In this document: one piece after another, positions 1 through 8,046 of the stretch
Position numbering within the stretch: the first letter of the stretch is position 1
Layout of the letters: every line of letters begins with the position of its first letter
Source: Eubacteriales bacterium
GTDB lineage: Bacteria > Bacillota > Clostridia > Oscillospirales > UBA644
Assembly (NCBI GenBank): GCA_045542115.1
Contig: JAZQKK010000019.1
Span: 133,362-197,361 of the forward strand
Direction of reading: 5' to 3'
DNA length: 64,000 nucleotides
Notes under the pieces: generated by a model
Seen by the model: the letters and a program-made list of their open reading frames with translations, nothing else
Told to the model about the DNA's origin: nothing
The model's database searches: none
Program-made: the position numbers and the translations under genes

Positions 1-1
1 C

Positions 2-817
2 GAAATGCTGGAAACGGCGAAGATTCGCTCGGTGGCCGGGAAATTGGATTTTCAAAAACCCCTTTCTCCCATTCGTCCCTTTGCCTCGCCCCATCACAAT
101 ATCACCGTGCAGGGGTTGGCGGGCGGAGGAAGTATTCCCAAGCCGGGAGAGATCTCGTTGGCGCACAACGGAGTTTTATTCTTAGACGAATTCCCCGAAT
201 TTTCCAAAACCGTTTTGGAAGCCCTACGACAACCGATGGAAGACGGGAAAGTCACCATTTCCCGGGCGGCAAAGACCCTCACCTACCCCGCCGCCTTTCA
301 GTTGGTCTGTGCAATGAACCCCTGTCCTTGCGGCTATTTCGGACACCCCACCCGGAAATGCACCTGTCCCCCCGGAGCGGTGAGCCGGTATTTGGGAAAG
401 ATCTCCGGACCGCTACTGGACCGCATCGACTTGCAGATCGAACTTCCCCCCGTGCAATATACCGATATTACCTCCCCGGACAAGACCGCAGAACCTTCTG
501 CCGTGATTCGCAAACGGGTCGAACGAGCCCGGGCCGTTCAACGGGAACGGTACCGTGGATCGGGGGTGGAATGTAACGCCCACGCCACACCCCGGCAGAT
601 GCGGGAATTGTTTCTGCTGACCCCGGAAGCCGATGATACGCTGAAACAAATTTTTGACCGGCTGGGTCTTTCGATGCGGGCAAGGGATAAGATTCTGAAA
701 ATCGCCCGGACCATTGCGGACCTGGACGGGAGCGACGGAATTCGGCCGGAGCATATCTCCGAGGCATCCTTCTACCGGTCTCTGGACAAAAAATATTGGA
801 ATCGAACCGAGCGGTAA
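2..817 (+). CDS. comM: YifB/ComM-family Mg-chelatase-like AAA+ ATPase, C-terminal part (5' end lies outside the window)
   Basis: Frame is open to the window edge. Contains GVLFLDEFPEF (Walker B / sensor region), SGPLLDRIDLQIELP and the C-terminal helical region typical of YifB/ComM. Confidence 0.85.
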   Translation, partial: EMLETAKIRSVAGKLDFQKPLSPIRPFASPHHNITVQGLAGGGSIPKPGEISLAHNGVLFLDEFPEFSKTVLEALRQPMEDGKVTISRAAKTLTYPAAFQLVCAMNPCPCGYFGHPTRKCTCPPGAVSRYLGKISGPLLDRIDLQIELPPVQYTDITSPDKTAEPSAVIRKRVERARAVQRERYRGSGVECNAHATPRQMRELFLLTPEADDTLKQIFDRLGLSMRARDKILKIARTIADLDGSDGIRPEHISEASFYRSLDKKYWNRTER

Positions 818-909
818 ATGCAAAATTATAATGGCGTTTCCGACGATTCGAAGTGACAAAAATTTTGCAATTGCGCCGAGAGATTTCAAAAATATGTTGC
901 AATCCACCC

Positions 910-998
910 TGTGGATAACTTTGCAGATTTCTCCGAAAATCTGTGGATAACTCTGTGGATTGGGTGGAAAAACCCGATGATTTCGTGGGTTTTCCACA
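910..998. promoter_or_regulatory. DnaA-box cluster: two perfect boxes and two near-perfect boxes
   Basis: TGTGGATAA (reverse complement of TTATCCACA) at 910-918 and 942-950. TGTGGATTG at 954-962. TTTTCCACA at 990-998 (1 mismatch). GGTGGAAAA at 963-971 is weaker. An AT-rich stretch follows at 1001-1030. Confidence 0.6.
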
Positions 999-1074
999 GT
1001 TCATAACTAATTCATAAAAAATTCGCAATCTTCGACACTGTTGACATTTTCGTGAAATAAAAGGAACAAAGAAA

Positions 1075-2550
1075 ATGAATCTTTCCGAAATTCGTGTGCT
1101 TTTGACCCAAGCAAAGTTGTTAACCAAAGACGCTTTAAACGGGTACGATACCGTCCCCGCGGCCATCGGGTGCGACTCCAAATCTGTCGCCCCCGGAACG
1201 TTGTTTTTCTGCAAGGGGGTCCGGTTCAAATCGCAATACCTTGCCGATGCCCTGCGCCGGGGGGCCTGCGCCTATATTTCCGAAGTGGAGTACGACGTGG
1301 ACCTGCCCCACTTGTTGGTGTCCGACGTGCGAAAGGCGATGCCGTTGATTGCCCGGGAGTTCTACGGACATCCCGATGAAAAATATCCTTTGGTAGGAAT
1401 CACCGGAACGAAAGGCAAAACCTCCTGTGCCTATCAGTTGGCAGCGATTTTTGATGAAGCCTTTGCCGGGCGGTACGGAATCATCTCCACCAACGAAGCC
1501 TTATCCTGCGGCCAACCCCGCCCCAAAAGCGGAACCACCCCCGAAGCCTTGGATCTGTACGGTCTTCTGAACGGCTTTGCCGGGGACGGCGTTGAGGCGG
1601 CGGTGATGGAAGTCTCCTCCCAAGGGTTGCAATACGACAGAGTGGCGGGGCTGGAATTTGCCGTGGGCATCTATTTGAACCTTTCCCCCGACCACATTTC
1701 CCCTACGGAGCACAAGGATTTTGAAGAATACAAAACCGCCAAAAAGAAAATGCTCACCCTATGCAAGACCGGAATCGTCAATTTAGACGACCCCCACGCC
1801 GCAGATATGATAGCGGCCGCCACCTGTGAAACCCTTCTCACCGTTTCCCTTACCGACCCGAAGGCGGATTACTACGCCAAAGACCCGGAGCTGACCGAAG
1901 AGGGGCTGTCTTTTACCGTGGAAGGAACCGATTTGCAGGGAGAAACGATAACCTTAAAGATGGCCGGAGAATTTAACATTTCCAACGCTCTTTGCGCCAT
2001 CGCCGCCGCCCGGACACTGGGCATCGGCCTTTGGGGGATCCGCCGGGGGCTGGCCAAAGCCACGGTCAAAGGCCGGATGGAGCAGTTCACCCTCAACGGC
2101 GTAAATATCATCGTAGATTACGCCCACAACGGGCTTTCCTTCGAAAAGGTCTTTGACTACGCCCACCGTTTCCACCCCGAGGCGAAAAAAGTGGTGGTCT
2201 ACGGTTGTCCGGGGAACAAAGCCCTGGACCGCCGGGAAGAAATGTCCGACGTGGCGGGGCGAAGGGCGGATTTCACCGTACTGACCGACGATGACCCGGC
2301 CGACGAAGACCCGGACGCCATTATGGACCAAGCGGAAGAACGGTTAATACACCACGGGGCCGAATATATCCGCATCCACGACCGAAAACAAGCCGTCGCC
2401 TACGGTCTTTCCCAATGCAAAAAGGGCGACCTGTTGTTGCTGTTGGGCAAAGGACACGAGACCGGTCAGACCGTCAAAGGACAGTCGGTGTTCTACGGCG
2501 GAGACCGGGCTTGCGCGGAAGAAGCGGCAATGACCGCCATCGTTCATTAA
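1075..2550 (+). CDS. murE: UDP-N-acetylmuramoyl-L-alanyl-D-glutamate--2,6-diaminopimelate (or L-lysine) ligase, Mur ligase family
   Basis: P-loop GITGTKGKTS, DYAHNG motif, 491 aa with typical Mur ligase three-domain length. RBS AAAGGAAC lies upstream of the ATG. Confidence 0.85.
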   Translation: MNLSEIRVLLTQAKLLTKDALNGYDTVPAAIGCDSKSVAPGTLFFCKGVRFKSQYLADALRRGACAYISEVEYDVDLPHLLVSDVRKAMPLIAREFYGHPDEKYPLVGITGTKGKTSCAYQLAAIFDEAFAGRYGIISTNEALSCGQPRPKSGTTPEALDLYGLLNGFAGDGVEAAVMEVSSQGLQYDRVAGLEFAVGIYLNLSPDHISPTEHKDFEEYKTAKKKMLTLCKTGIVNLDDPHAADMIAAATCETLLTVSLTDPKADYYAKDPELTEEGLSFTVEGTDLQGETITLKMAGEFNISNALCAIAAARTLGIGLWGIRRGLAKATVKGRMEQFTLNGVNIIVDYAHNGLSFEKVFDYAHRFHPEAKKVVVYGCPGNKALDRREEMSDVAGRRADFTVLTDDDPADEDPDAIMDQAEERLIHHGAEYIRIHDRKQAVAYGLSQCKKGDLLLLLGKGHETGQTVKGQSVFYGGDRACAEEAAMTAIVH

Positions 2551-2560
2551 AAGGAGGAGA

Positions 2561-3598
2561 ATGGATATGACGAATCATCCTTACGACGACCAATATACGC
2601 CGGAACCCCTTCCGGAACAGGAAACGCCCCCGGCAGACTCCGGGGAAGAATTTGATATCTCTTCCTTTGACTTTACCATTGCCGACCCGGGAGAGATTGC
2701 AGAATTTTCCGAGTTGGCGGACCGGGAGGCATCCTTGCCGGAAGAAGACAGCGAACGCTCGGAAACGGATTTGGAATCCCCGAAAAAACCGACGTTTTCC
2801 TTCCGGAAATTCTCTGCAACCGTCACAGAAAAAGTGACCAAACTGATGGAGGAATCCCCCAAGGAACCGAAAGAACCGAAAAAACCCAAAGAGCCGAAAG
2901 AACACAAATTCCCCATCAAAGCAACCTGGTTCCCGAAGAAAACGAAGAACTCCGAACCGGGTTTGGCATCCACCCTCATTGATTCAGCGAAGCTCGACCC
3001 CGCTCCGAAACCGGAAGAGGGGGAAAGAATTCACTTCACCGGCGGAACCTTCCGCCAAGTGTCGAAGCGTTGGCTTCGGTACGCCCTGCGACCGGGGACC
3101 TTGTGTGACGGGGTATCGGAACGGTTGTGGCCCCTGTTTTTGGCAGGTGTGATGGCCTTTTTCTTCGGATTTTATCTGTTGCTGGGGCTGGATTGGTATT
3201 TTGCAGGCCTGGTCTCCCCCGGTCGCCTGTGGGCGATTGCCGCCGTGGGACCGTTGGTGGGAGGAGCTGCTGCAATGGCCTTTGCCGCAGGAACGCTGGC
3301 CCTTTCGGTCTTTGGCCGCAAAGAACGGATTCGTCCCTTCCGGGTGATGTCCGGAGTGGCTGGGGCCTGTGTCTATCCCGGCTTTTTAATGTTGCTGGGA
3401 CTTTTGATTCAACTTATCTTCCGGGCGTCGGTATCGATGTCCTTCGGGATGACGGCGTTGCTGTGGTTCTGTTACTTACTGCTAGACGTACTGCGGGAAC
3501 TGTTTGGAGAAAAACACTTGTTTAAGAGCGTCGTTTTGTTGGTGGTATGGGGCTTTGTCCTGTTCGCGGTAATGACGTTGACCTTTTCGCTGAAATAA
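2561..3598 (+). CDS. hypothetical polytopic membrane protein with acidic, Pro/Glu/Lys-rich N-terminal region
   Basis: Strong RBS AAGGAGGAG 10 nt after the murE stop. N-terminal ~170 aa is low-complexity (KEPKEPKKPKEPKEHK). C-terminal half has about 5 hydrophobic helices. Confidence 0.6.
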   Translation: MDMTNHPYDDQYTPEPLPEQETPPADSGEEFDISSFDFTIADPGEIAEFSELADREASLPEEDSERSETDLESPKKPTFSFRKFSATVTEKVTKLMEESPKEPKEPKKPKEPKEHKFPIKATWFPKKTKNSEPGLASTLIDSAKLDPAPKPEEGERIHFTGGTFRQVSKRWLRYALRPGTLCDGVSERLWPLFLAGVMAFFFGFYLLLGLDWYFAGLVSPGRLWAIAAVGPLVGGAAAMAFAAGTLALSVFGRKERIRPFRVMSGVAGACVYPGFLMLLGLLIQLIFRASVSMSFGMTALLWFCYLLLDVLRELFGEKHLFKSVVLLVVWGFVLFAVMTLTFSLK

Positions 3599-3611
3599 AG
3601 GAGGGGGAAGA

Positions 3612-4022
3612 ATGAAATTTGACCGTTTTACCATCGTGGGTCTGCTTTGTGCTCTGCCCTACCTTATCTTCGGCGTCGTTTTGACCGACTCCAACGGCGT
3701 AAGCATTTTGTCGTATCTGGTGCTGACCCTGGCGCTGACCGGGGGGGAAGTGACGCTGTACGATATGATGCTCTCTTCCCGGCGGAGAAATTGGCTCTAC
3801 CGCGTTCCCTTTTCGGCGCTGTTTTTCCTGGTACAGTTTATTTTGGGATGGAACGTAATGATTCCCTTCTACGTGATGGGACAGTTTGCAATGGGCGTTG
3901 CCACCACCAAAGACCGCTTTGAGCATATGCCAAAAAACAAAGCGGCAAAACCCCTGATCATTTCCGCGGGGGCTTCGGTTTTGTACATATTGATTGCTTT
4001 GATTACGGGGGTGAGCGCGTGA
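3612..4022 (+). CDS. hypothetical small membrane protein (4 predicted TM helices)
   Basis: RBS AAGGAGGGGG before the ATG. 136 aa, hydrophobic throughout. Tightly packed between neighbouring genes. Confidence 0.55.
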   Translation: MKFDRFTIVGLLCALPYLIFGVVLTDSNGVSILSYLVLTLALTGGEVTLYDMMLSSRRRNWLYRVPFSALFFLVQFILGWNVMIPFYVMGQFAMGVATTKDRFEHMPKNKAAKPLIISAGASVLYILIALITGVSA

Positions 4023-5176
4023 AAAAGATTTTTGTCGCTCTGCTGACGGCGTGTTTTCTGCTGACCCTGGGATTGTCTGCCTCCGCGTCGGCCCACGACG
4101 GGCTGTGCGGCTGTGGGCGGGAGTACGCCTCGCAAGATTCGGATAAGTTTATGATCTACGACTGTTTGGGTTGCGGACGGAATTTCACCTCCTGCACCTG
4201 TCGTACCTGTTGGTGCGGAAGCGATTTGACCCGGACGGAGACCGAAACCGCGTCCCTTGTCACCTGCAACGATTGCGGACTTCCCTGTGAAGATTGCATC
4301 TGCCGGGACCGTTCCTATTATACGGCGTTGCAACAGGTTCCCCAGGGACTGACCGGGGAAGAAATTCCCAATCCCGATAACGGAGCTGTGGTTGCCTTGG
4401 CCTGTCTTTTGCCCTTTGCCGGATTTTTGGCCCTGTATTTCACCATTTACCGCCGGCGTTCTGCGGTTCGGAACCGGAAAAACCGGCCCCAGAAGTTGGA
4501 ACAGGAATTGGACGTCATCGACAAAGAACCCGATGCGAAAAAGCGGTATCTCTTGGCAAAGCAACGGGAAGAATCCAAGCGGGACGGGGATACCCGGATT
4601 CTCGACCGGGAAGGAAAACTTCTGTGTCTGCGGAAAAACGAACTTCTCACCGAAGCCCTGGAAGAAGAGTGGATCCGGGAAACGGTGGGAGAAAACCTCC
4701 GCACCTGCCGGAATATGAACCGCTACGGCTTTGTGGGTTCGGTGGAGACCGTGGAACGGTTGTGGGATTTCAAGGAAAAGAAATTCTCCGACGACCGGAA
4801 AGAGATCAGCGGCGAGACGCCGGCGCAATCTTTGGTCAAATGGGATACCAAAATTGATTCCATTGCTCTGTTTGAAATTGTAAAACCCCTGAACGGACGG
4901 GAAGAAAATCTTTTGTCTCCCGCCTCCAACATCACCCGGTTCGGGGCGCGCATCTTCGACCCCACGCCTCTGATGAACCGCAAGACCGACCCGTCCACCG
5001 AAGAAGAACGGAGAGAGACCCTGCAACGTCTCGTCCCCGGATGCGATGTGGAGCGGTTGCTCCATCTGGACCGAATGGCGGGAAAACCCCTGACGCCCCC
5101 CGTGGGATTGCCGGAAGAAGCCAATCCCCGCCGGATGGGAGAAAAAAATCGTTTTCCGGGAGGGATGACCGAATGA
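4019..5176 (+). CDS. hypothetical single-pass membrane protein with signal peptide and Cys-rich extracytoplasmic domain
   Basis: GTG start overlaps the upstream stop (GTGA). Signal peptide MKKIFVALLTACFLLTLGLSASASA. About 18 Cys in CxC/CxxC spacing between aa 30 and 96. One TM helix (VVALACLLPFAGFLALYFTIY) is followed by a charged cytoplasmic domain. Confidence 0.6.
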   Translation: MKKIFVALLTACFLLTLGLSASASAHDGLCGCGREYASQDSDKFMIYDCLGCGRNFTSCTCRTCWCGSDLTRTETETASLVTCNDCGLPCEDCICRDRSYYTALQQVPQGLTGEEIPNPDNGAVVALACLLPFAGFLALYFTIYRRRSAVRNRKNRPQKLEQELDVIDKEPDAKKRYLLAKQREESKRDGDTRILDREGKLLCLRKNELLTEALEEEWIRETVGENLRTCRNMNRYGFVGSVETVERLWDFKEKKFSDDRKEISGETPAQSLVKWDTKIDSIALFEIVKPLNGREENLLSPASNITRFGARIFDPTPLMNRKTDPSTEEERRETLQRLVPGCDVERLLHLDRMAGKPLTPPVGLPEEANPRRMGEKNRFPGGMTE

Positions 5177-6057
5177 AATATACCTTTTCGACCCGGGAGC
5201 TTTTGACCCTTCTTCGCTCGGCTTCCGTGGACGCCAACGCCGCATCGCCCTTCCGTGGACTGATGACTTTGAACGAAGAAACGCCTTCCATTCCCCTTTC
5301 CGAAGAACAGCAGTTGCTCTGTGCCTTCGCCCTGACCCCGCAACGGACGCTGGTCATCGGCCGTCATTCTGCGGTGGACGGAGAATTGTATCTTCTGAAT
5401 ATCGACGGAATGTGGTATCTGTACAGTTGGCTGGAAGCCCAGGACCGCCACGTGTTTGAAGCCTATTTTGACCGTCCGCGGCTGCTAAAATTCCTCCGGA
5501 AGAATTTCTGCGGATTTTTCCGCCCCAATTTCGGAGCCTTCACCCAACTGGACGTGACCCTGAACCAACACGAATTTTTCGTCTGGAATTTTATCCGGGC
5601 CTTGTACGCCTTCCGGGCAAGAACCAAGAAGGCGGCGGTCAACGACACGTTCTTGGCCGACGACTTGAAAAATCCCGACTTAGCCCTGTATCTGCGGAAT
5701 TATCTGGACGAATTGGGGCTGGAATCGGTATCCGACACCGTGGACCGTCTGATGGACGAAAAGCACCACGGAGAAATGGACGAAGCCTTGAAGGGGCTGG
5801 AAGAAAAGGGGATTCTGACCCCGGATATCAACCGGCTTTCGATGGACAGCGCCTACCGTCTTTCCCGGACCGCCTTGGAGAGGATGGACGACGGGATGTT
5901 GCTGGACACCGTGTGGTTTGCCGACCGCACCGACCCGGAAAAGACCCGAGAAGCCTTGTTCTGCCTGCGGCGGGACGGGGTGCTTGCCATCCTTCCCAGC
6001 CGGGACGGAGCCGTGCTTCGGTCGATGCCCGACTGTCCCTGGGAAGATTTGATTTAA
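5173..6057 (+). CDS. hypothetical cytoplasmic protein (294 aa)
   Basis: ATGA start/stop overlap with the upstream gene. I moved the start from the track's 5041 to the ATG at 5173 (MKYTFSTREL). No recognisable motif. Confidence 0.55.
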   Translation: MKYTFSTRELLTLLRSASVDANAASPFRGLMTLNEETPSIPLSEEQQLLCAFALTPQRTLVIGRHSAVDGELYLLNIDGMWYLYSWLEAQDRHVFEAYFDRPRLLKFLRKNFCGFFRPNFGAFTQLDVTLNQHEFFVWNFIRALYAFRARTKKAAVNDTFLADDLKNPDLALYLRNYLDELGLESVSDTVDRLMDEKHHGEMDEALKGLEEKGILTPDINRLSMDSAYRLSRTALERMDDGMLLDTVWFADRTDPEKTREALFCLRRDGVLAILPSRDGAVLRSMPDCPWEDLI

Positions 6058-6089
6058 CCCACTATTATTTTTGATTTGGAAGGTTTTTT

Positions 6090-7091
6090 ATGCCGAAACT
6101 GTATCCATCTTCCCATCGGGGGAAGACCCACGTACCCGTTCTGCCGGAAGAACGATTTGACGAAGTGATGGTTCAGACCGTGGAACCGTTACTGCAACGC
6201 TACCGGAACAAAGGATTTCTCACCATCGTCCGGGGAATGCGGCTTCATTACGAATATTACCTTTGCGCCGACCCGGTGGGGGCGGTGGTCATCAGCCACG
6301 GCTTTACCGAATCGGCGGAGAAATATCGGGAATTGGCCTATTATTTCCTGGAAGCGGGATATTCGGTCTTTGCTCTGGACCACCGGGGCCACGGGAAATC
6401 CTACCGGGAAATGAAAAATCCCTGCCTTATCCATATCGGAAAATTCCAGCATTACATCGACGACCTGGATTGGTTTATCCAAAAAATCGTTCGCCCCAAC
6501 GCCGTCAACCTCCCCCTGTATCTGTTCGGCCATTCGATGGGAGGTGCAGTGGCAGGAATGTATTTGTCTCAGCATCCCGTCACCTTCCGCCGGGCGGTGT
6601 TATCCGCTCCGATGATTGCGGCAAAGACCCGAAATCTCCCGGGATGGATCGCGGAATTGCTGTCCCTGGGATTTTGCCTTACGGGACAATCCAAAAAACG
6701 GGTGCTGGACGTGGGCGATTTCGACGAAAACGCGTCCTTTGAGCAAAGCGCCGACACCTCTCGGGCCCGGTTTGATTATTATCATCAAAAACGGATCCAT
6801 TACCGCCACTTACAGACGTCCGCCCCCACCTACGGGTGGATACTCCAATCGTTGCGGGTGACCCGGAACCTTCTGAACCGTTCCAACTGTGCTACGGTGC
6901 AAGCCCCCGTGCTTCTTTTCCAGGGGGAGACCGACGACTACGTTCATAATCGCCCCCAGGAAAAGTATATCGCCCGGATTCCCCACGGAGAATTGGTAAA
7001 GGTTCCCGAAAGCAAGCACGAAATTTTTATGACCCCCAACCAGACCCTGCAATCGGTATTGGACCAAACGCTGATCTTCTTTTCCAAATAA
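6090..7091 (+). CDS. alpha/beta hydrolase (lysophospholipase / monoacylglycerol-lipase-like)
   Basis: Nucleophile elbow GHSMGG, HGFTES oxyanion region and a C-terminal His (SKHEIF). 333 aa. Confidence 0.75.
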   Translation: MPKLYPSSHRGKTHVPVLPEERFDEVMVQTVEPLLQRYRNKGFLTIVRGMRLHYEYYLCADPVGAVVISHGFTESAEKYRELAYYFLEAGYSVFALDHRGHGKSYREMKNPCLIHIGKFQHYIDDLDWFIQKIVRPNAVNLPLYLFGHSMGGAVAGMYLSQHPVTFRRAVLSAPMIAAKTRNLPGWIAELLSLGFCLTGQSKKRVLDVGDFDENASFEQSADTSRARFDYYHQKRIHYRHLQTSAPTYGWILQSLRVTRNLLNRSNCATVQAPVLLFQGETDDYVHNRPQEKYIARIPHGELVKVPESKHEIFMTPNQTLQSVLDQTLIFFSK

Positions 7092-7096
7092 AATCT

Positions 7097-7133
7097 CCGG
7101 CGGAACGTTCTTCCGCCGGCCAACCCTTTTTTT
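7097..7133 (+). terminator. rho-independent terminator after the hydrolase gene
   Basis: CCGGCGGAA (7097-7105) pairs with TTCCGCCGG (7111-7119). A T7 run lies at 7127-7133. Confidence 0.5.
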
Positions 7134-7167
7134 CCCTCGTTTCCCATCTTAAAAACGGAGTTTTACT

Positions 7168-8046
7168 ATGAAATTATCTTCCATCCTTTCCCGGGACGTT
7201 CCGTCCCTGTCCTTTGAAGTCTTTCCCCCGAAGACCGACGCTTCTTTTGATACGGTGGAGTCCGCCGTTCATCAGATTGCGGCCTTGAAGCCGGCCTTTA
7301 TGAGCGTCACCTACGGAGCCGGGGGCGGCACCAGCCAATATACGCTGGATATTGCGAAAAAAATCAAAAAACACCACGGGGTCCCCACCCTGGCGCACTT
7401 GACCTGCGTCTCCTCCACCCGGCAATCGGTGGCGGCTCAGATTCAGGCGATGCGGGACGCGGGGATCGAAAACGTAATGGCTCTGCGGGGGGATATTCCC
7501 GAAGACCGGAAACACGAAGACCGTTCCCGGTGGGATTACCGGTACGCGGTGGAGTTGGTTCGGGAATTGAAGGAACAGGGATTTTGCATCGGTGCGGCCT
7601 GTTATCCGGAGATTCACCCGGAAAGCGTCAATCAGAAGGACGATATCCTTCGCTTGAAAGAAAAAGTGGAAGCCGGATGCGATTTTCTCACCACCCAAAT
7701 GTTTTTCGACAACAACCTTCTGTATAATTTCCTGTACAAAATTCGGGAAGCGGGCATCACCGTGCCGGTAGTAGCGGGAATTATGCCCATCACCAACGCC
7801 AATCAGGTGCAACGGGCGGTCTCCCTTTCCGGGTCGTTCGTACCCCAACGGTTCAAAGCCCTGGTAGACCGGTTCGGGACCGACCCGAAATCGATGAAGC
7901 AAGCGGGTATCGCCTACGCCACCGACCAGATCATCGACCTGTTTGCCAACAATATTTGCAACGTACACGTCTATTCGATGAATAACCCCGACGTGGCGAA
8001 AAAAATTCAGGACAACCTGTCGGATATTTTGGAGAGATCCCTATGA
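7168..8046 (+). CDS. metF: 5,10-methylenetetrahydrofolate reductase
   Basis: N-terminal SFEVFPPKT motif and a TYGAGG region. 292 aa. Translationally coupled (ATGA) to the downstream methionine synthase. Confidence 0.85.
   Translation: MKLSSILSRDVPSLSFEVFPPKTDASFDTVESAVHQIAALKPAFMSVTYGAGGGTSQYTLDIAKKIKKHHGVPTLAHLTCVSSTRQSVAAQIQAMRDAGIENVMALRGDIPEDRKHEDRSRWDYRYAVELVRELKEQGFCIGAACYPEIHPESVNQKDDILRLKEKVEAGCDFLTTQMFFDNNLLYNFLYKIREAGITVPVVAGIMPITNANQVQRAVSLSGSFVPQRFKALVDRFGTDPKSMKQAGIAYATDQIIDLFANNICNVHVYSMNNPDVAKKIQDNLSDILERSL

Noticed and set aside
898-1046. Calling the DnaA-box cluster the chromosomal origin oriC.
   Set aside because: No dnaA or dnaN is nearby. There is no clear strand-bias switch of genes at this point, and GC skew cannot be computed here. 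It is reported only as a DnaA-box cluster.
2866-2905. Short tandem GAACCGAAA-like repeats as a CRISPR array or VNTR.
   Set aside because: They are in frame inside a CDS and encode KEPKEPKKPKEPKE low-complexity linker. There is no spacer/repeat organisation. No CRISPR-like array occurs anywhere in the window.
5041-5172. N-terminal extensions proposed by the ORF track: starts at 5041, 13128, 27972, 35398, 45058, 49439, 50400, 58261 and 61909.
   Set aside because: In each case a downstream ATG has a proper AGGAG-type RBS and a sensible N-terminus (signal peptide or conserved family start). The extension either overlaps the upstream gene or is junk-like.
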